Source: Patescibacteria group bacterium
GTDB lineage: Bacteria; Patescibacteriota; Minisyncoccia; Minisyncoccales; JAHCRE01
Assembly (NCBI GenBank): GCA_020148025.1
Contig: JAHCRH010000003.1
Span: forward strand, 1 to 57,773
Reading direction: 5' to 3'
DNA: 57,773 nt
The notes beneath the pieces were generated by a model. The model had not been told where the DNA came from and did not search any database. It saw only the letters and a program-made list of their open reading frames with translations. The first letter of the stretch is position 1. The number at the start of each line of letters is the position of its first letter. The translations under genes were made by a program, and so were the position numbers. Shown one piece after another: positions 37,901-46,739 of the stretch.

Positions 37901-38168
37901 CTAAATGATATCTTTTATCATCAATATTCGGTCTCTTTTGAGCCATTTTCTCATAGGCCATGTATATTTCTGACCCAATGATTGGTTTGATTTTGCGCTT
38001 CATTGCTTTCTTATAAAATTCAACTGCTCCATAAAGCACTCCATGGTCAGTTAAAGCCAAAGAATCCATCCCCAATTCCTTGGCATAATCTAAAAGCTCG
38101 TCAATTTTAGGGAGACCATCCAGCAAGGAGTAGTGGGAATGGACGTGAAGGTGAGTAAACTTTGGCAT
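34998..38168 (-). CDS. dnaE: DNA polymerase III alpha subunit
   Basis: HLHVHSHYSLLDG, GPGRGS, PDIDLDF, YGFNRAH. Confidence 0.99.
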   Translation of the reverse strand: MPKFTHLHVHSHYSLLDGLPKIDELLDYAKELGMDSLALTDHGVLYGAVEFYKKAMKRKIKPIIGSEIYMAYEKMAQKRPNIDDKRYHLVLLVKNEQGYKNLVKLITKAHLGGFYYKPRIDEKLLAECSSGLICLSGCLQGKIPKLILAKKIEEAKKLALKYQEIFGKDSFYLEVQHHPNIKEQKIVNQVSISISKKLGIPLVATNDIHYLRPEDAEAQDILMLINTGADPNDPERLTLKADDFSMRSPQEMESDFKDLPEATTNTQKIANLCNFRFKLDEIKLPEFPVLSQKSPDEFLKELCLKRLEERYSSPPKKEILERLKYELSVIKETGFASYFLIVQDFVNWAKKNRIVVGPGRGSVAGSLVAYSLGITNVDPLKYNLLFERFLTSSRVSPPDIDLDFTDRRREEVINYIIQKYGQDKVAQIITFGTMASRAVIRDVGRAQGYSYSYCDKIAKTIPFGFTLDKTLETISEFRQIYETDEKARKLIDFAKKLEGVARHASTHACGIVISTTPLDNIVPLQHPTQDDEAVVTQYEMHSIEDLGLLKIDLLGLKNLTIIEDTLVRIYKVQNKKIDIENIPLDDKEAFKLFQKAETIGVFQLESEGMRRYLKQLKPTELEDIIAMVALYRPGPIQFIPDYIAGKQKKKKIEYLHPELKPILETTYGVCIYQEQLMQIAQKLAGFSLSEADVLRKAIGKKIKSLLLSQKEKFIKGMINQGANKEVALKIWNWILPFARYGFNRAHSCSYATIAYQTAYLKAHFPIEFMAALLTSEKADTERIGFLIKECKKMGIEVLPPDINESFRNFSVIPKARKIRFGLLAIKNVGQNVVESIISERKAKGPYKSLDGFLSRIDSKTLNKKSLESLIKSGVFDKFTERNQLLFNLERLLELNRENHRIKIAGQKGLFDGMKFKNTIRLQKTKPVSKSEKLAWEKELLGLFISSHPLEDFRKILEKKAMKISELGSTFTNHQIRIGGIISKIKRIITRNGKPMLFMNLEDLTDKIEIVVFPGVIERNPSVFQENKIVFVEGRINNRDGVPKMIADDIEEILEKS

Positions 38169-38276
38169 AATAATTAAATCTATTATCTAATTTTAGTTTT
38201 TTAAAAAAGATAAGTCAATCCTTTGGCAGGCTACGGATTGGATAAAAAAAGAGCTGAGAATTTCATTCCCAGCTTT

Positions 38277-39272
38277 TCAAATTTTAGGGGCGATGGATAT
38301 TTCCATTTCTTCACCTCCCTCTTCAGAGAGATTTCTTTCAATCTCTTCTAACTCTTGGATTTCACCTTGCATCTTTCTAAAGGCTTCCTGTTTGCTTTCT
38401 AGTTTCTTTCTAATTTCTGTTCTTAGTCCCTGTTTCTCCAAACATTGGATTTCGTTATGTATCTCTTGGAGGGTTCTCTTTCTTCTTTCGAGCTCTTCTG
38501 GTATTAGGGGTTCTAGTTTCTCCTTTGCTTTTGTTCTTATCCCTGGAGAGTCGGTGGAGTCCCAAATATCATACAATTGCCAGACAGATAATTTTTCAAT
38601 CATACCTTTTTCTTTACCTGTTTCCCAGACACTATCAAGCAGTGATTTTACAGCTCCTGCAAGCCAGACGAAGTCCTCTAGGCTCATTCCTATTTCCCAG
38701 TGTTTTTCTAAAGCCTCGATCTGTAATGGAGATCCCTCTGGAAATTCTTCTAGATCTTCTAATTCCTCTTCAATAACAAGAAAGTCATCAGTACTTGGAT
38801 TTTGGTCCAAAACTCTTCTTGCCAGTGTTTTTTTTAATGAAAACAATTCGATTCGGCGGATCATCCTTCTCAAGATGCCATTTGGAATATCTTCATTTTC
38901 TCCAAGATATTTTCTTATTACACTTTCTAAGATTTCCTGAGAACCTATTTCCCTAAGGATAGTCAATAAGCTACCCTTGTCTAAGAACCCTCTTCTTTCT
39001 ATTCTTTTTGCTGCCCTTTCTTTTATTTTTGTTGCCCTTTTTGCTCCAATTCCAACACTTTTGACATATTGAAGAATAGTCAGCAGATAAATTTTAGGAA
39101 GAGTTAATCCTTTTCTTGAAAGGAGCTCTTCCGCTATCTCAATACTTGGTTCACCGCCTTTTTCAGTAATTCTAAGTAACTCCCTGTTTAGTTCATCGTC
39201 CTTTTCGATAAGGTCAAGCAGCTTATCATTGGTCGATTCCTTTATTTCTTCTATCAACTTTTTTGTGAACAA
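38277..39272 (-). CDS. Hypothetical helical / coiled-coil protein
   Basis: 331 aa Glu/Leu-rich ORF with its own TTGACA promoter-like site and terminator. Confidence 0.75.
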   Translation of the reverse strand: MFTKKLIEEIKESTNDKLLDLIEKDDELNRELLRITEKGGEPSIEIAEELLSRKGLTLPKIYLLTILQYVKSVGIGAKRATKIKERAAKRIERRGFLDKGSLLTILREIGSQEILESVIRKYLGENEDIPNGILRRMIRRIELFSLKKTLARRVLDQNPSTDDFLVIEEELEDLEEFPEGSPLQIEALEKHWEIGMSLEDFVWLAGAVKSLLDSVWETGKEKGMIEKLSVWQLYDIWDSTDSPGIRTKAKEKLEPLIPEELERRKRTLQEIHNEIQCLEKQGLRTEIRKKLESKQEAFRKMQGEIQELEEIERNLSEEGGEEMEISIAPKI

Positions 39273-39420
39273 CTTGACTACTTCCTTTCCAATGTACTAT
39301 TAAATTATCCTAAATTTATTTTACTCTGTCAATAGCAGGATTTTCGATTTTTCATTTCTGAATATAAAAATAATTTCTTTCTGATATAATTGATATAATA
39401 AAAGTTTGTTGAAAAACACT

Positions 39421-40089
39421 ATGTTCCCAAATTTTCGAGAAGAGAAAAGATTATGGAGAAAAGGACACAAAAAAATCGCTGGTTTAGATGAGGCAGGAAG
39501 AGGAGCATTAGCTGGACCGGTAGTTGCTGCGGCCGTGATGATAAGACCGATTCGTGAAATTCGTGGTAGATTCGTGAAAATTCGAGAGATTAAAGATTCT
39601 AAAAAACTCACTCCTAGAAAAAGAGAAAAACTTTATAGAATACTAATAAATCATCCTCAAATAGAATGGGGGATAGGTCGAGTTTCAGAAAAAGTAATTG
39701 ATAAGATTAATATTTTGGAGGCGACGAAATTGGCAATGGAAAAGGCGGTTAGAAAGTTAAAAAAGAGACCTGATTTTTTAATTTTAGATGGGAATTTGAA
39801 AATCAATCTAAAAATTCCTCAAAAGTCAATTAAGAGAGCCGATGAAAAAGTTTTTTCCTGTTCCTGCAGTTCTATTATCGCCAAGGTTTATCGTGACAGA
39901 ATAATGAGAAGACTTCACAAAAAATACCCTCAATACGGTTTTGATAAACACAAAGGTTATCCAACTAAATATCATTTTAAAACGCTGAAAAAATATGGGC
40001 CCTGCAAAATTCATCGAAAATCATTTAAACCAGTAATTAAAGCTAAAAAACGCAAGACCAAAAACGTAAAGTCGCAATTAAGAACTTGA
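39421..40089 (+). CDS. rnhB: Ribonuclease HII
   Basis: GLDEAGRGALAGPV, DSKKL, HKGYPT; ATG at 39421. Confidence 0.96.
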   Translation: MFPNFREEKRLWRKGHKKIAGLDEAGRGALAGPVVAAAVMIRPIREIRGRFVKIREIKDSKKLTPRKREKLYRILINHPQIEWGIGRVSEKVIDKINILEATKLAMEKAVRKLKKRPDFLILDGNLKINLKIPQKSIKRADEKVFSCSCSSIIAKVYRDRIMRRLHKKYPQYGFDKHKGYPTKYHFKTLKKYGPCKIHRKSFKPVIKAKKRKTKNVKSQLRT

Positions 40090-40168
40090 GACTATTGAAA
40101 AATTTTGATTATTCTGTTAATATTGAAGATAATTTTAACTTTCTAGATTTGAATTTCGAGTTTTTATT

Positions 40169-40465
40169 ATGGGGGTACCAACTCAAAGACATACAAAATC
40201 AAGAAGAAATAAACGGAGGATGCATATTTTCCTTAAGCAGCCTGTTTTAACTCGTTGTCCAAAATGTGGGAAACCAGTTTTACCCCATACTATTTGTCCA
40301 AATTGTGGGTATTATAAAGGCAGAGGAATTATTGATGTTTTGGCAAAACTTGAAAAGAAAGAAAGAAAGAAAAGGGAAAAAGAAATAAAGACAAAAGAAA
40401 GAGAAGAAAAAAAAGAACTCAAAAAACAAAAATCATTGAGTTGGAAAGAAATGTCAAGAAAATAG
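40169..40465 (+). CDS. rpmF: 50S ribosomal protein L32 with charged C-terminal extension
   Basis: MGVPTQRHTKSRRNKRR, CPKC..HTICPNCGYY. Confidence 0.95.
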   Translation: MGVPTQRHTKSRRNKRRMHIFLKQPVLTRCPKCGKPVLPHTICPNCGYYKGRGIIDVLAKLEKKERKKREKEIKTKEREEKKELKKQKSLSWKEMSRK

Positions 40466-40538
40466 CTTCAAGATGCTAGCCTCTAGGTCTTTAGTTAACG
40501 TTAACTAGAAGCTCTAAGCTGTAAGCTAAAAATCTAAT

Positions 40539-40970
40539 ATGTCATCTCGTCATTTATCAAGAAGTATTATAATGCAATCTCTCTACGAGTGGGATTTTTT
40601 TGGAAAGAAATCTAAAGATTTAAAAAAGATTGTTAAAAAAAATATTAAAGAATTTGGGCCGGGGCTTGAAGATGTAAGTCTTATCTGGCAATTGGTCGAT
40701 GGAATCTCTGCTAATCTTTCTCAAATTGATAAAATTATTGAGAAGGCAGCCCCAGAATGGCCAATTGAACAAATAGGTATTATCGACCGAAATGTTTTGA
40801 GAATTGGACTTTTTGAATTATTATATGGAAAAAAGGATGAGGTTCCACCAAAGGTGGCAATTAATGAAGCAATTGAATTAGCCAAGAATTTCGGCGGCGA
40901 GTCTTCCGGAAAATTTGTCAACGGCGTATTAGGGACAGTTTATAGAGAAATTGAGAAAAAAGAACAATGA
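40539..40970 (+). CDS. nusB: Antitermination factor NusB
   Basis: [25 protein letters not shown]. Confidence 0.97.
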   Translation: MSSRHLSRSIIMQSLYEWDFFGKKSKDLKKIVKKNIKEFGPGLEDVSLIWQLVDGISANLSQIDKIIEKAAPEWPIEQIGIIDRNVLRIGLFELLYGKKDEVPPKVAINEAIELAKNFGGESSGKFVNGVLGTVYREIEKKEQ

Positions 40971-41656
40971 AGGATTTTTCACCTTTTGAAAAAAAATTGA
41001 ATCTCGAATTTAAAAACAAAGATTTTTTAATTCAGTCTTTTGTTCACAGGTCTTACTTAAATGAAAATCCTGATTTTTATTTAGCTCATAACGAAAGATT
41101 AGAATTTTTGGGAGATGCTGTTTTAGAATTAGTTGTTACCGAATGTCTTTATCAAAATTATCCAAAAAAATCAGAGGGTGAACTTACCAATTGGCGGGCA
41201 GCTCTGGTTAATGCCAAGATGCTGGCAAAAATTGCTCGAGATTTAGATTTTAATAAATTTTTATTACTTTCCCGGGGTGAAGAAAAAGAGACGGGAAAGG
41301 CTCGCCAATATATTTTAGCCGATACTTTCGAAGCCCTGATAGGAGCAATCTATTTAGATCAGGGATATAAAGCTTGTCAGGATTTTATCCAAAAATATTT
41401 AATAAAAAAATTGCCAGAAATTATTGAAAAGGGTCTTTATAAAGATGCTAAATCATGCTTTCAGGAAGAGGCCCAGGAAAGGGTAAAAATTACTCCCATT
41501 TATAAAGTTTTAGAAGAATGGGGACCAGATCATGCAAAGCACTTTATAATCGGGGTTTTCTTGGGAGAGAAATTAGTTGCCAAAGGAGAAGGTTCGTCAA
41601 AACAAGAGGCTGAAGAAGAATCGGCTAAAAAGGCTTTGGGGGTAAAAAATTGGTAG
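40967..41656 (+). CDS. rnc: Ribonuclease III
   Basis: [12 protein letters not shown] and dsRBD. Confidence 0.98.
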   Translation: MKDFSPFEKKLNLEFKNKDFLIQSFVHRSYLNENPDFYLAHNERLEFLGDAVLELVVTECLYQNYPKKSEGELTNWRAALVNAKMLAKIARDLDFNKFLLLSRGEEKETGKARQYILADTFEALIGAIYLDQGYKACQDFIQKYLIKKLPEIIEKGLYKDAKSCFQEEAQERVKITPIYKVLEEWGPDHAKHFIIGVFLGEKLVAKGEGSSKQEAEEESAKKALGVKNW

Positions 41657-41664
41657 AGCGTTCA

Positions 41665-41797
41665 GGTAGATTACTTCCAAAGCACGCAGTCAGTTAGCCC
41701 ACCGAGCTAACCGCTGCTCGTCTCTCGGCCTCGCTCTCTGCCTTCGGCAGAACCATGGCCGCCCGGCCTCCGAGGCGTCTTTGTCAGCAACTACCTT
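41665..41797. other. GC-rich multi-hairpin element (MITE-like or ncRNA)
   Basis: AGGTAG/CTACCT closing stem; hairpins GTTAGC/GCTAAC, CTGCC-TTC-GGCAG, GCCTC/GAGGC. Confidence 0.55.
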
Positions 41798-41818
41798 CAC
41801 TTAAGAGAGAGAAAAAAG

Positions 41819-42325
41819 ATGTTAGTTATAAGATTTTTACGAGTCGGTAAAAAAAATCAACCCTCTTTCAAGATTGTTGTAACTGATAAAAGAAAGCCAC
41901 CAAGAAGTGGTCGTTTTGTGGAAGAGGTTGGTTTTTATAACCCCTTAACTAAAGAAAAAGTGTTAAAGAAAGAGCGAATTAAATATTGGATGTCAGTTGG
42001 GGCCAAACCTTCAAATATTGTTTATAATTTATTAGTCAAAGAAAAAATTTTAGAAGGTGAGAAAATTCCTGTTCATAAAAAACCTAAAGAAAAAGCAAAG
42101 AAGAAACCAGAGGAAGGAAAGGTGAAAGAGGTAAAGAAAGAGGAGAAACCAGCCAAAGAGGCAAAAGCTGAAGAGAAACCGCCTGAAAAAGCAGAAATTC
42201 CTGAGGAAACTAAACGTCCAAAAGAAGAAAAACCCTCCTCCGCTTCCGTCTCCGCTAAGCTTTCGGCGGACAAGAAAGCTATGGAGGACAAGCCTTCAGA
42301 AAAAATTGAAGAGAAAAAGGCATAA
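41819..42325 (+). CDS. rpsP: 30S ribosomal protein S16 with low-complexity tail
   Basis: MLVIRFLRVGKKNQPSFKIVV, EEVGFYNP. Confidence 0.96.
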   Translation: MLVIRFLRVGKKNQPSFKIVVTDKRKPPRSGRFVEEVGFYNPLTKEKVLKKERIKYWMSVGAKPSNIVYNLLVKEKILEGEKIPVHKKPKEKAKKKPEEGKVKEVKKEEKPAKEAKAEEKPPEKAEIPEETKRPKEEKPSSASVSAKLSADKKAMEDKPSEKIEEKKA

Positions 42326-42531
42326 AATTACGTTTTTTCTTCTTACCGCCGAGAACTATTCTCGTTAATTTTATTCTTGACAAGGATTTTAGAAAGAGTA
42401 TAATAGATAATAGTAGCTTTTCAGATTCTCCCGAATTGTTGGAGGAGAGAATCGCTTGAAAGGTCGGGAGCTACTTGTAAGATTTTTATCAGTTTTGATC
42501 TCTAGATCGTTAATAGCGATTTAGAGAAGAG

Positions 42532-42858
42532 ATGATTATGCCAAAAGAAACCGCTGATAAAGAATTCCTTGAGTATTTAATAAAAGCTTTAGTTGATCAC
42601 CCTGAAGATGTGAAGATTGACAGAAAGGTTGACGAGATGGGAGTTTTACTTTCTCTGAAAGTTAACCCTGAGGATATGGGTCAGATTATTGGGAAGGCTG
42701 GTTCCACTGCTCGAGCGATTAGATCTTTAGTCCGAATTGTTGGTCTGAAGAACCATGCTCGAGTGAATCTAAAGATTGAGGAACCAGAGGGTGCTCGTCC
42801 TGCTCGAGGAAAGAAAGCTCCGGCTGTCGGAGAAGAACTCGAAGAGTTGAAGTTGTAA
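42532..42858 (+). CDS. KH-domain RNA-binding protein (KhpA-like)
   Basis: DMGQIIGKAGSTARAIR; between rpsP and trmD. Confidence 0.92.
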   Translation: MIMPKETADKEFLEYLIKALVDHPEDVKIDRKVDEMGVLLSLKVNPEDMGQIIGKAGSTARAIRSLVRIVGLKNHARVNLKIEEPEGARPARGKKAPAVGEELEELKL

Positions 42859-42943
42859 ACCGGAGCACATAATTGACGTGCTCAGTTTACAGGAACTAGA
42901 AAACCGTGCTATCATACCAGGTAGGACGGTTTTCGTTTGTTAT

Positions 42944-43669
42944 ATGAGATTTGATGTTATTACAATTTTTCCGGAGATATTTGATTCTTATTTAAAAACC
43001 TCCATAATTTCGCGGGCCATTAAAAAGGGCTTAATTAAGATTAATATTCACAATTTAAGAGATTGGACCACTAATCGGCATAAAACTGTTGATGACCGAC
43101 CTTATGGAGGTGGAATTGGAATGGTGATGAAGGTGGAGCCGATCTTCAAAGCAGTAACTGCTTTGAAGAAACGAAAAACGAAAAACGAAAAACGAAAAAC
43201 GAAAGTAATTTTATTTACACCGCGAGGGAAAAAATTTAATCAAAAAATTGCCTATTCTTTTTTAAAATTGGATCGATTAATTTTAATCTGTGGGAGATAT
43301 GAGGGAGTTGATGAGAGAGTAGCAAAATATATTGCTGACGAGACTATATCGATAGGAAATTTCGTTTTAATGGGAGGAGAATTACCAGCCATGATCACGA
43401 TTGAGACAGTGGCTAGATTGATTCCTAGAGTTTTGGGTAAACCACAATTATTAAAAGAAAGAATTACCAAGAAAAGAGGATTTATTGAATATCCCCAATA
43501 CACAAGGCCGGAAATGTTCGATTTAAGCAAGTATATAAAGAATTGGAGGGCCTGCCCGCCTAAATTTCGCAAAGCGAAAATTTGGCGGGTTCCTAAAGTT
43601 CTACTCTCAGGAAATCACAAAAAAATCGCCCAGTGGCGAAAAAAACACTCAAAAATTATTGAAAAATAA
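42944..43669 (+). CDS. trmD: tRNA (guanine-N1)-methyltransferase
   Basis: Start moved to MRFDVITIFP; VDDRPYGGG, CGRYEGVDER, EYPQYTRP. Confidence 0.97.
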   Translation: MRFDVITIFPEIFDSYLKTSIISRAIKKGLIKINIHNLRDWTTNRHKTVDDRPYGGGIGMVMKVEPIFKAVTALKKRKTKNEKRKTKVILFTPRGKKFNQKIAYSFLKLDRLILICGRYEGVDERVAKYIADETISIGNFVLMGGELPAMITIETVARLIPRVLGKPQLLKERITKKRGFIEYPQYTRPEMFDLSKYIKNWRACPPKFRKAKIWRVPKVLLSGNHKKIAQWRKKHSKIIEK

Positions 43670-43694
43670 CTGTTTTTTGATAAAATGATTAAAA

Positions 43695-43776
43695 GGGTGC
43701 GTGGGAGAGTAGCTAATCCATCAGTCTGTAAAACTGACGCCCTCGGGCTTCGCAGGTGCAAGTCCTGCCGCACCCA
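43695..43776 (+). tRNA. tRNA-Tyr (GTA)
   Basis: GGGTGCG/CGCACCC acceptor, TCAGT-CTGTAAA-ACTGA anticodon arm, long variable arm. Confidence 0.93.
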
Positions 43777-43778
43777 CT

Positions 43779-43809
43779 GCCAGGATAGTTCAGTGGTTAG
43801 AACATCCTT
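43779..43809 (+). pseudogene. 5' tRNA fragment (acceptor strand and D arm only)
   Basis: GCCAGGATAGTTCAGTGGTTAGAACA, then a pyrimidine run. Confidence 0.65.
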
Positions 43810-43817
43810 CCTTTTTT

Positions 43818-43891
43818 GCCTGGGTAGCTCAGTCAGTTAGAGCACGTCTTTGGTAAAGACGAGGTCGGCGGTGCAAGTCCGCCCTCAGGCT
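43818..43891 (+). tRNA. tRNA-Thr (GGT)
   Basis: GCCTGGG/CTCAGGC acceptor, CGTCT-TTGGTAA-AGACG anticodon arm. Confidence 0.93.
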
Positions 43892-43898
43892 CAATAAT

Positions 43899-44060
43899 AT
43901 GGCTACAAAAAAACCTTTTATTAAACTTAAATGTCAGGAATGTAAAAGAATAAATTATTTTGTCCACAAATCAAAAGGAATGACTGGTAAAAAATTAGAA
44001 TTGAAAAAGTTTTGTAAGTGGTGCAGGAAGCATACTTTACATAAAGAAGTTAAAAAGTAA
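43899..44060 (+). CDS. rpmG: 50S ribosomal protein L33
   Basis: Manual translation [42 protein letters not shown]. Confidence 0.96.
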   Translation: MATKKPFIKLKCQECKRINYFVHKSKGMTGKKLELKKFCKWCRKHTLHKEVKK

Positions 44061-44061
44061 G

Positions 44062-44133
44062 GGGGATGTGGTGAAATGGCTATCATAGGAATCTCCAAAA
44101 TTCTCGTTCCAGGTTCGAATCCTGGCATCCCCG
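44062..44133 (+). tRNA. tRNA-Trp (CCA)
   Basis: GGGGATG/CATCCCC acceptor, CTCCAAA loop, GGTTCGAATCC. Confidence 0.93.
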
Positions 44134-44210
44134 CATAATCTGAGCGAAGCGAGGATTCGACCGGGCGAGTCCTGCCGTCCCCGCCCAGAATTTTTATAAC
44201 TTATTAAAAA

Positions 44211-44555
44211 ATGAAAAAAATTAAAATTAATCGAAAAATCCTTCTGGGAATTCCCTTGGCTATAATATCTTTTGAGATTTATTTAGGAATAGTTTTTGGA
44301 TATTTTTTAGGAAAGTTTCTCTCTGGCAAAAGAACTGGTCAATCAGGAACAATAAAGTCAATTGTTCTTAATATCGGTAATCATAAATTGCACATGCATC
44401 ACTGGTTATTATCTTTGGGAATTTTGATTTTTAATTTTCTATCTAGTTTTTCTCTTCCTTTTCCCCAATTCTCTTTGAGTTTTTTTGGAGGTTTGATGAT
44501 TCAAGGTATTTTTTGTTATTCTGATTGGCACAAAATCTTTATTGGGGAAATTTAG
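44211..44555 (+). CDS. Hypothetical membrane protein
   Basis: Hydrophobic segments, LHMHHW motif. Confidence 0.75.
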   Translation: MKKIKINRKILLGIPLAIISFEIYLGIVFGYFLGKFLSGKRTGQSGTIKSIVLNIGNHKLHMHHWLLSLGILIFNFLSSFSLPFPQFSLSFFGGLMIQGIFCYSDWHKIFIGEI

Positions 44556-44666
44556 AGAAAAATTTATTCAATAACTCAAAATACGTGTTTTCAACACGCA
44601 TTTTTTAAAATTATAACTCGCCTCACTTACCTGTGGGCCTTTATTATTTTTCCTATCTTTAATAAA

Positions 44667-44987
44667 TTATTTTTTTAAGCCGTCTGGCACCGGTATTCCT
44701 AATTTCGATAAGTTTCTAAAAATCGAGGCCAAAAGAACAATAACTATCAAAACAAAGGCTGCCATAACAGTGAAATCCAAAGAAGGTAGAGCTTTCCCTG
44801 CTATTTCAACAATGGCAAAACCAAGAACATAAGCCAGAACTGCTCCCTTCATAAACTTAGCCAATTTGCCAAAAACAAATTCTTTCTTAATCCAAGCAGC
44901 AATAATTCCCAGCACAACATCAATGGCTATCAAAGTTACGATAACTTGCATCTGCCAGGTGCCAAAAAAAGCAATTATATCAGCCAT
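44667..44987 (-). CDS. Small 3-TM membrane protein, holin-like
   Basis: IDVVLGIIAA..KLAKF and SIFRNLSKLGIPVP pattern. Confidence 0.6.
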   Translation of the reverse strand: MADIIAFFGTWQMQVIVTLIAIDVVLGIIAAWIKKEFVFGKLAKFMKGAVLAYVLGFAIVEIAGKALPSLDFTVMAAFVLIVIVLLASIFRNLSKLGIPVPDGLKK

Positions 44988-45194
44988 TTTTATCTAATTT
45001 CTTTTATTTTTTTCCCTTCGACTAAGGGGGAAAATATTTTTAAATTATATAACATCTTTTGAAACCCTTCTATATTAAACTGTGGAAAACTCAATATTGG
45101 CTAAATTTTTACTCCTGGTTTTTTAGATAAGCCTTGTTTTTTTATAAAGATGAGATAAAATTAAAAGAAGGGTTTAAAATTAAGGAATAAAAAT

Positions 45195-46739
45195 ATGATA
45201 AGGAAAAAAATAATTTTAATAGCAATCATTGCTATTCTCGTAATAATTTTTGGAGTTTACCAAGGTTTCATTAAAGAGGAGAAACCAAGTTTTGCTTTGG
45301 CTGAAGTCTCTCGAGGAGATATTTTCCAAGAGGTTTCAGAGACAGGCACAGTTAAGAGGGGAGAAGAGATAAACCTTAGTTTTAAGAATGCTGGTCGAAT
45401 TGAAAAAATATATGTTAAGGTTGGAGATTTAGTGAAATCTGGCCAGGAATTGGCAAAACTTGGAACAACCCAGCTCTATCTTCAACTTGACGAGGCTAAA
45501 GCCAACGCTGAAGCTCAAAAAGCAAAGTTAATAGAATTACAAAAAGGTACTAGACCCGAAGAAATCCAAATTAGCCAAACCCTCTTGGATAAGGCAAAAA
45601 CTGATTTAGATAATTTGTATCGCGATGTATCAGTTATTTTAAATCAAGCTTATAATTTAGCTGATAATGGAATTAGACAACGGATTGCAGCATTATTTCT
45701 ATATAGAGCAGAGGCAACAACACCATATTATGACCTGACTTATAAATATTGCAACGACCAAGCAGCTAACGATTCTACTTATCTGAGAAAAATTGTCGAA
45801 GACGAATTAAATATCTGGCGAACTGAACTTCAGAATTTGAATGATAACCCAAAAATACTTGATGAGGCTATTACTAAAACGGAAGAGTATTTGACGGTGT
45901 TGCAAAACTTTCTCAACAGGTTAAACGATACATTGACTAGCGATTGCAAGCTTAGCTCTGAAGATCTAAATAAAATTAATACCTATAAATCAGCGGTCAA
46001 TTTAGCTTTAACAGATGTAAATACAGCTTTTACTTCTGTTTACAGCCAGAGAAAGGTTATCGAAGCACAAAAATTAATTATTCAAAACCATCAGGAGCAA
46101 CTTAATCTTAAATTAGCCGGTAGCACGTCTGAGCAAATTACTTATCAAGAGGCTTTACTAAAACAGGCAGAAGCAAAAGTGGCTCTTTTGCAAAATCAGA
46201 TTCAAGAAACTACGATCATCAACCCCACCGAAGGACAGATTACAAAGGTAAGCAAAGAATTAGGGGAGATGGTTCAAGTGGCTGAGGCAGTTATTTCTTT
46301 GATTCCTACTAGTCCCTTTCAAATAAAAGTAGATATTTATGAAGAAGACATTGTTGAAATAGATGTTGGTAATTCGGTAGATATTACTCTTACTGCTTTT
46401 CCCGGCCAGATTATAAAGGGCAAAGTGGTCTCTATAGATCCAGCCGAAAAACTAATCGAAGGGGTAGTTTATTATGAGATAACTATTGATTTTGAAGGAA
46501 TCAAGGAGGGAATAAAACCAGGAATGACTGCCGATGTTGTTATTAGAACTGCTTTTAAAGAAAATGTCTTAATTATCTCTGAAGATGCCATTCAGAAAAA
46601 GGACGGTAAAATTGTAGTTCAGGTTTCTAAAAATGGCCAAATAGAAGAGCGAGAAATAAAAATTGGTCTTTTGGGCAGTAACGATATGGCTGAGGTCATT
46701 TCTGGCCTAAAGGAAGGGGAGGTGGTAGTTTTAAGATGA
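45195..46739 (+). CDS. Efflux membrane-fusion (periplasmic adaptor) protein
   Basis: N-terminal TM, lipoyl halves VKVGDLVKSGQ, long coiled coil, IKPGMTADV. Confidence 0.9.
   Translation: MIRKKIILIAIIAILVIIFGVYQGFIKEEKPSFALAEVSRGDIFQEVSETGTVKRGEEINLSFKNAGRIEKIYVKVGDLVKSGQELAKLGTTQLYLQLDEAKANAEAQKAKLIELQKGTRPEEIQISQTLLDKAKTDLDNLYRDVSVILNQAYNLADNGIRQRIAALFLYRAEATTPYYDLTYKYCNDQAANDSTYLRKIVEDELNIWRTELQNLNDNPKILDEAITKTEEYLTVLQNFLNRLNDTLTSDCKLSSEDLNKINTYKSAVNLALTDVNTAFTSVYSQRKVIEAQKLIIQNHQEQLNLKLAGSTSEQITYQEALLKQAEAKVALLQNQIQETTIINPTEGQITKVSKELGEMVQVAEAVISLIPTSPFQIKVDIYEEDIVEIDVGNSVDITLTAFPGQIIKGKVVSIDPAEKLIEGVVYYEITIDFEGIKEGIKPGMTADVVIRTAFKENVLIISEDAIQKKDGKIVVQVSKNGQIEEREIKIGLLGSNDMAEVISGLKEGEVVVLR

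Noticed and set aside
38293-38940. 215 aa Ser-rich plus-strand ORF and similar antisense ORFs in the track
   Set aside because: Shadow frames of genes on the opposite strand
41657-41810. SRP RNA
   Set aside because: The conserved domain IV motif was not found on either strand
42878-42943. N-terminal extension of TrmD
   Set aside because: It overlaps intergenic hairpins; the canonical start is ATG 42944
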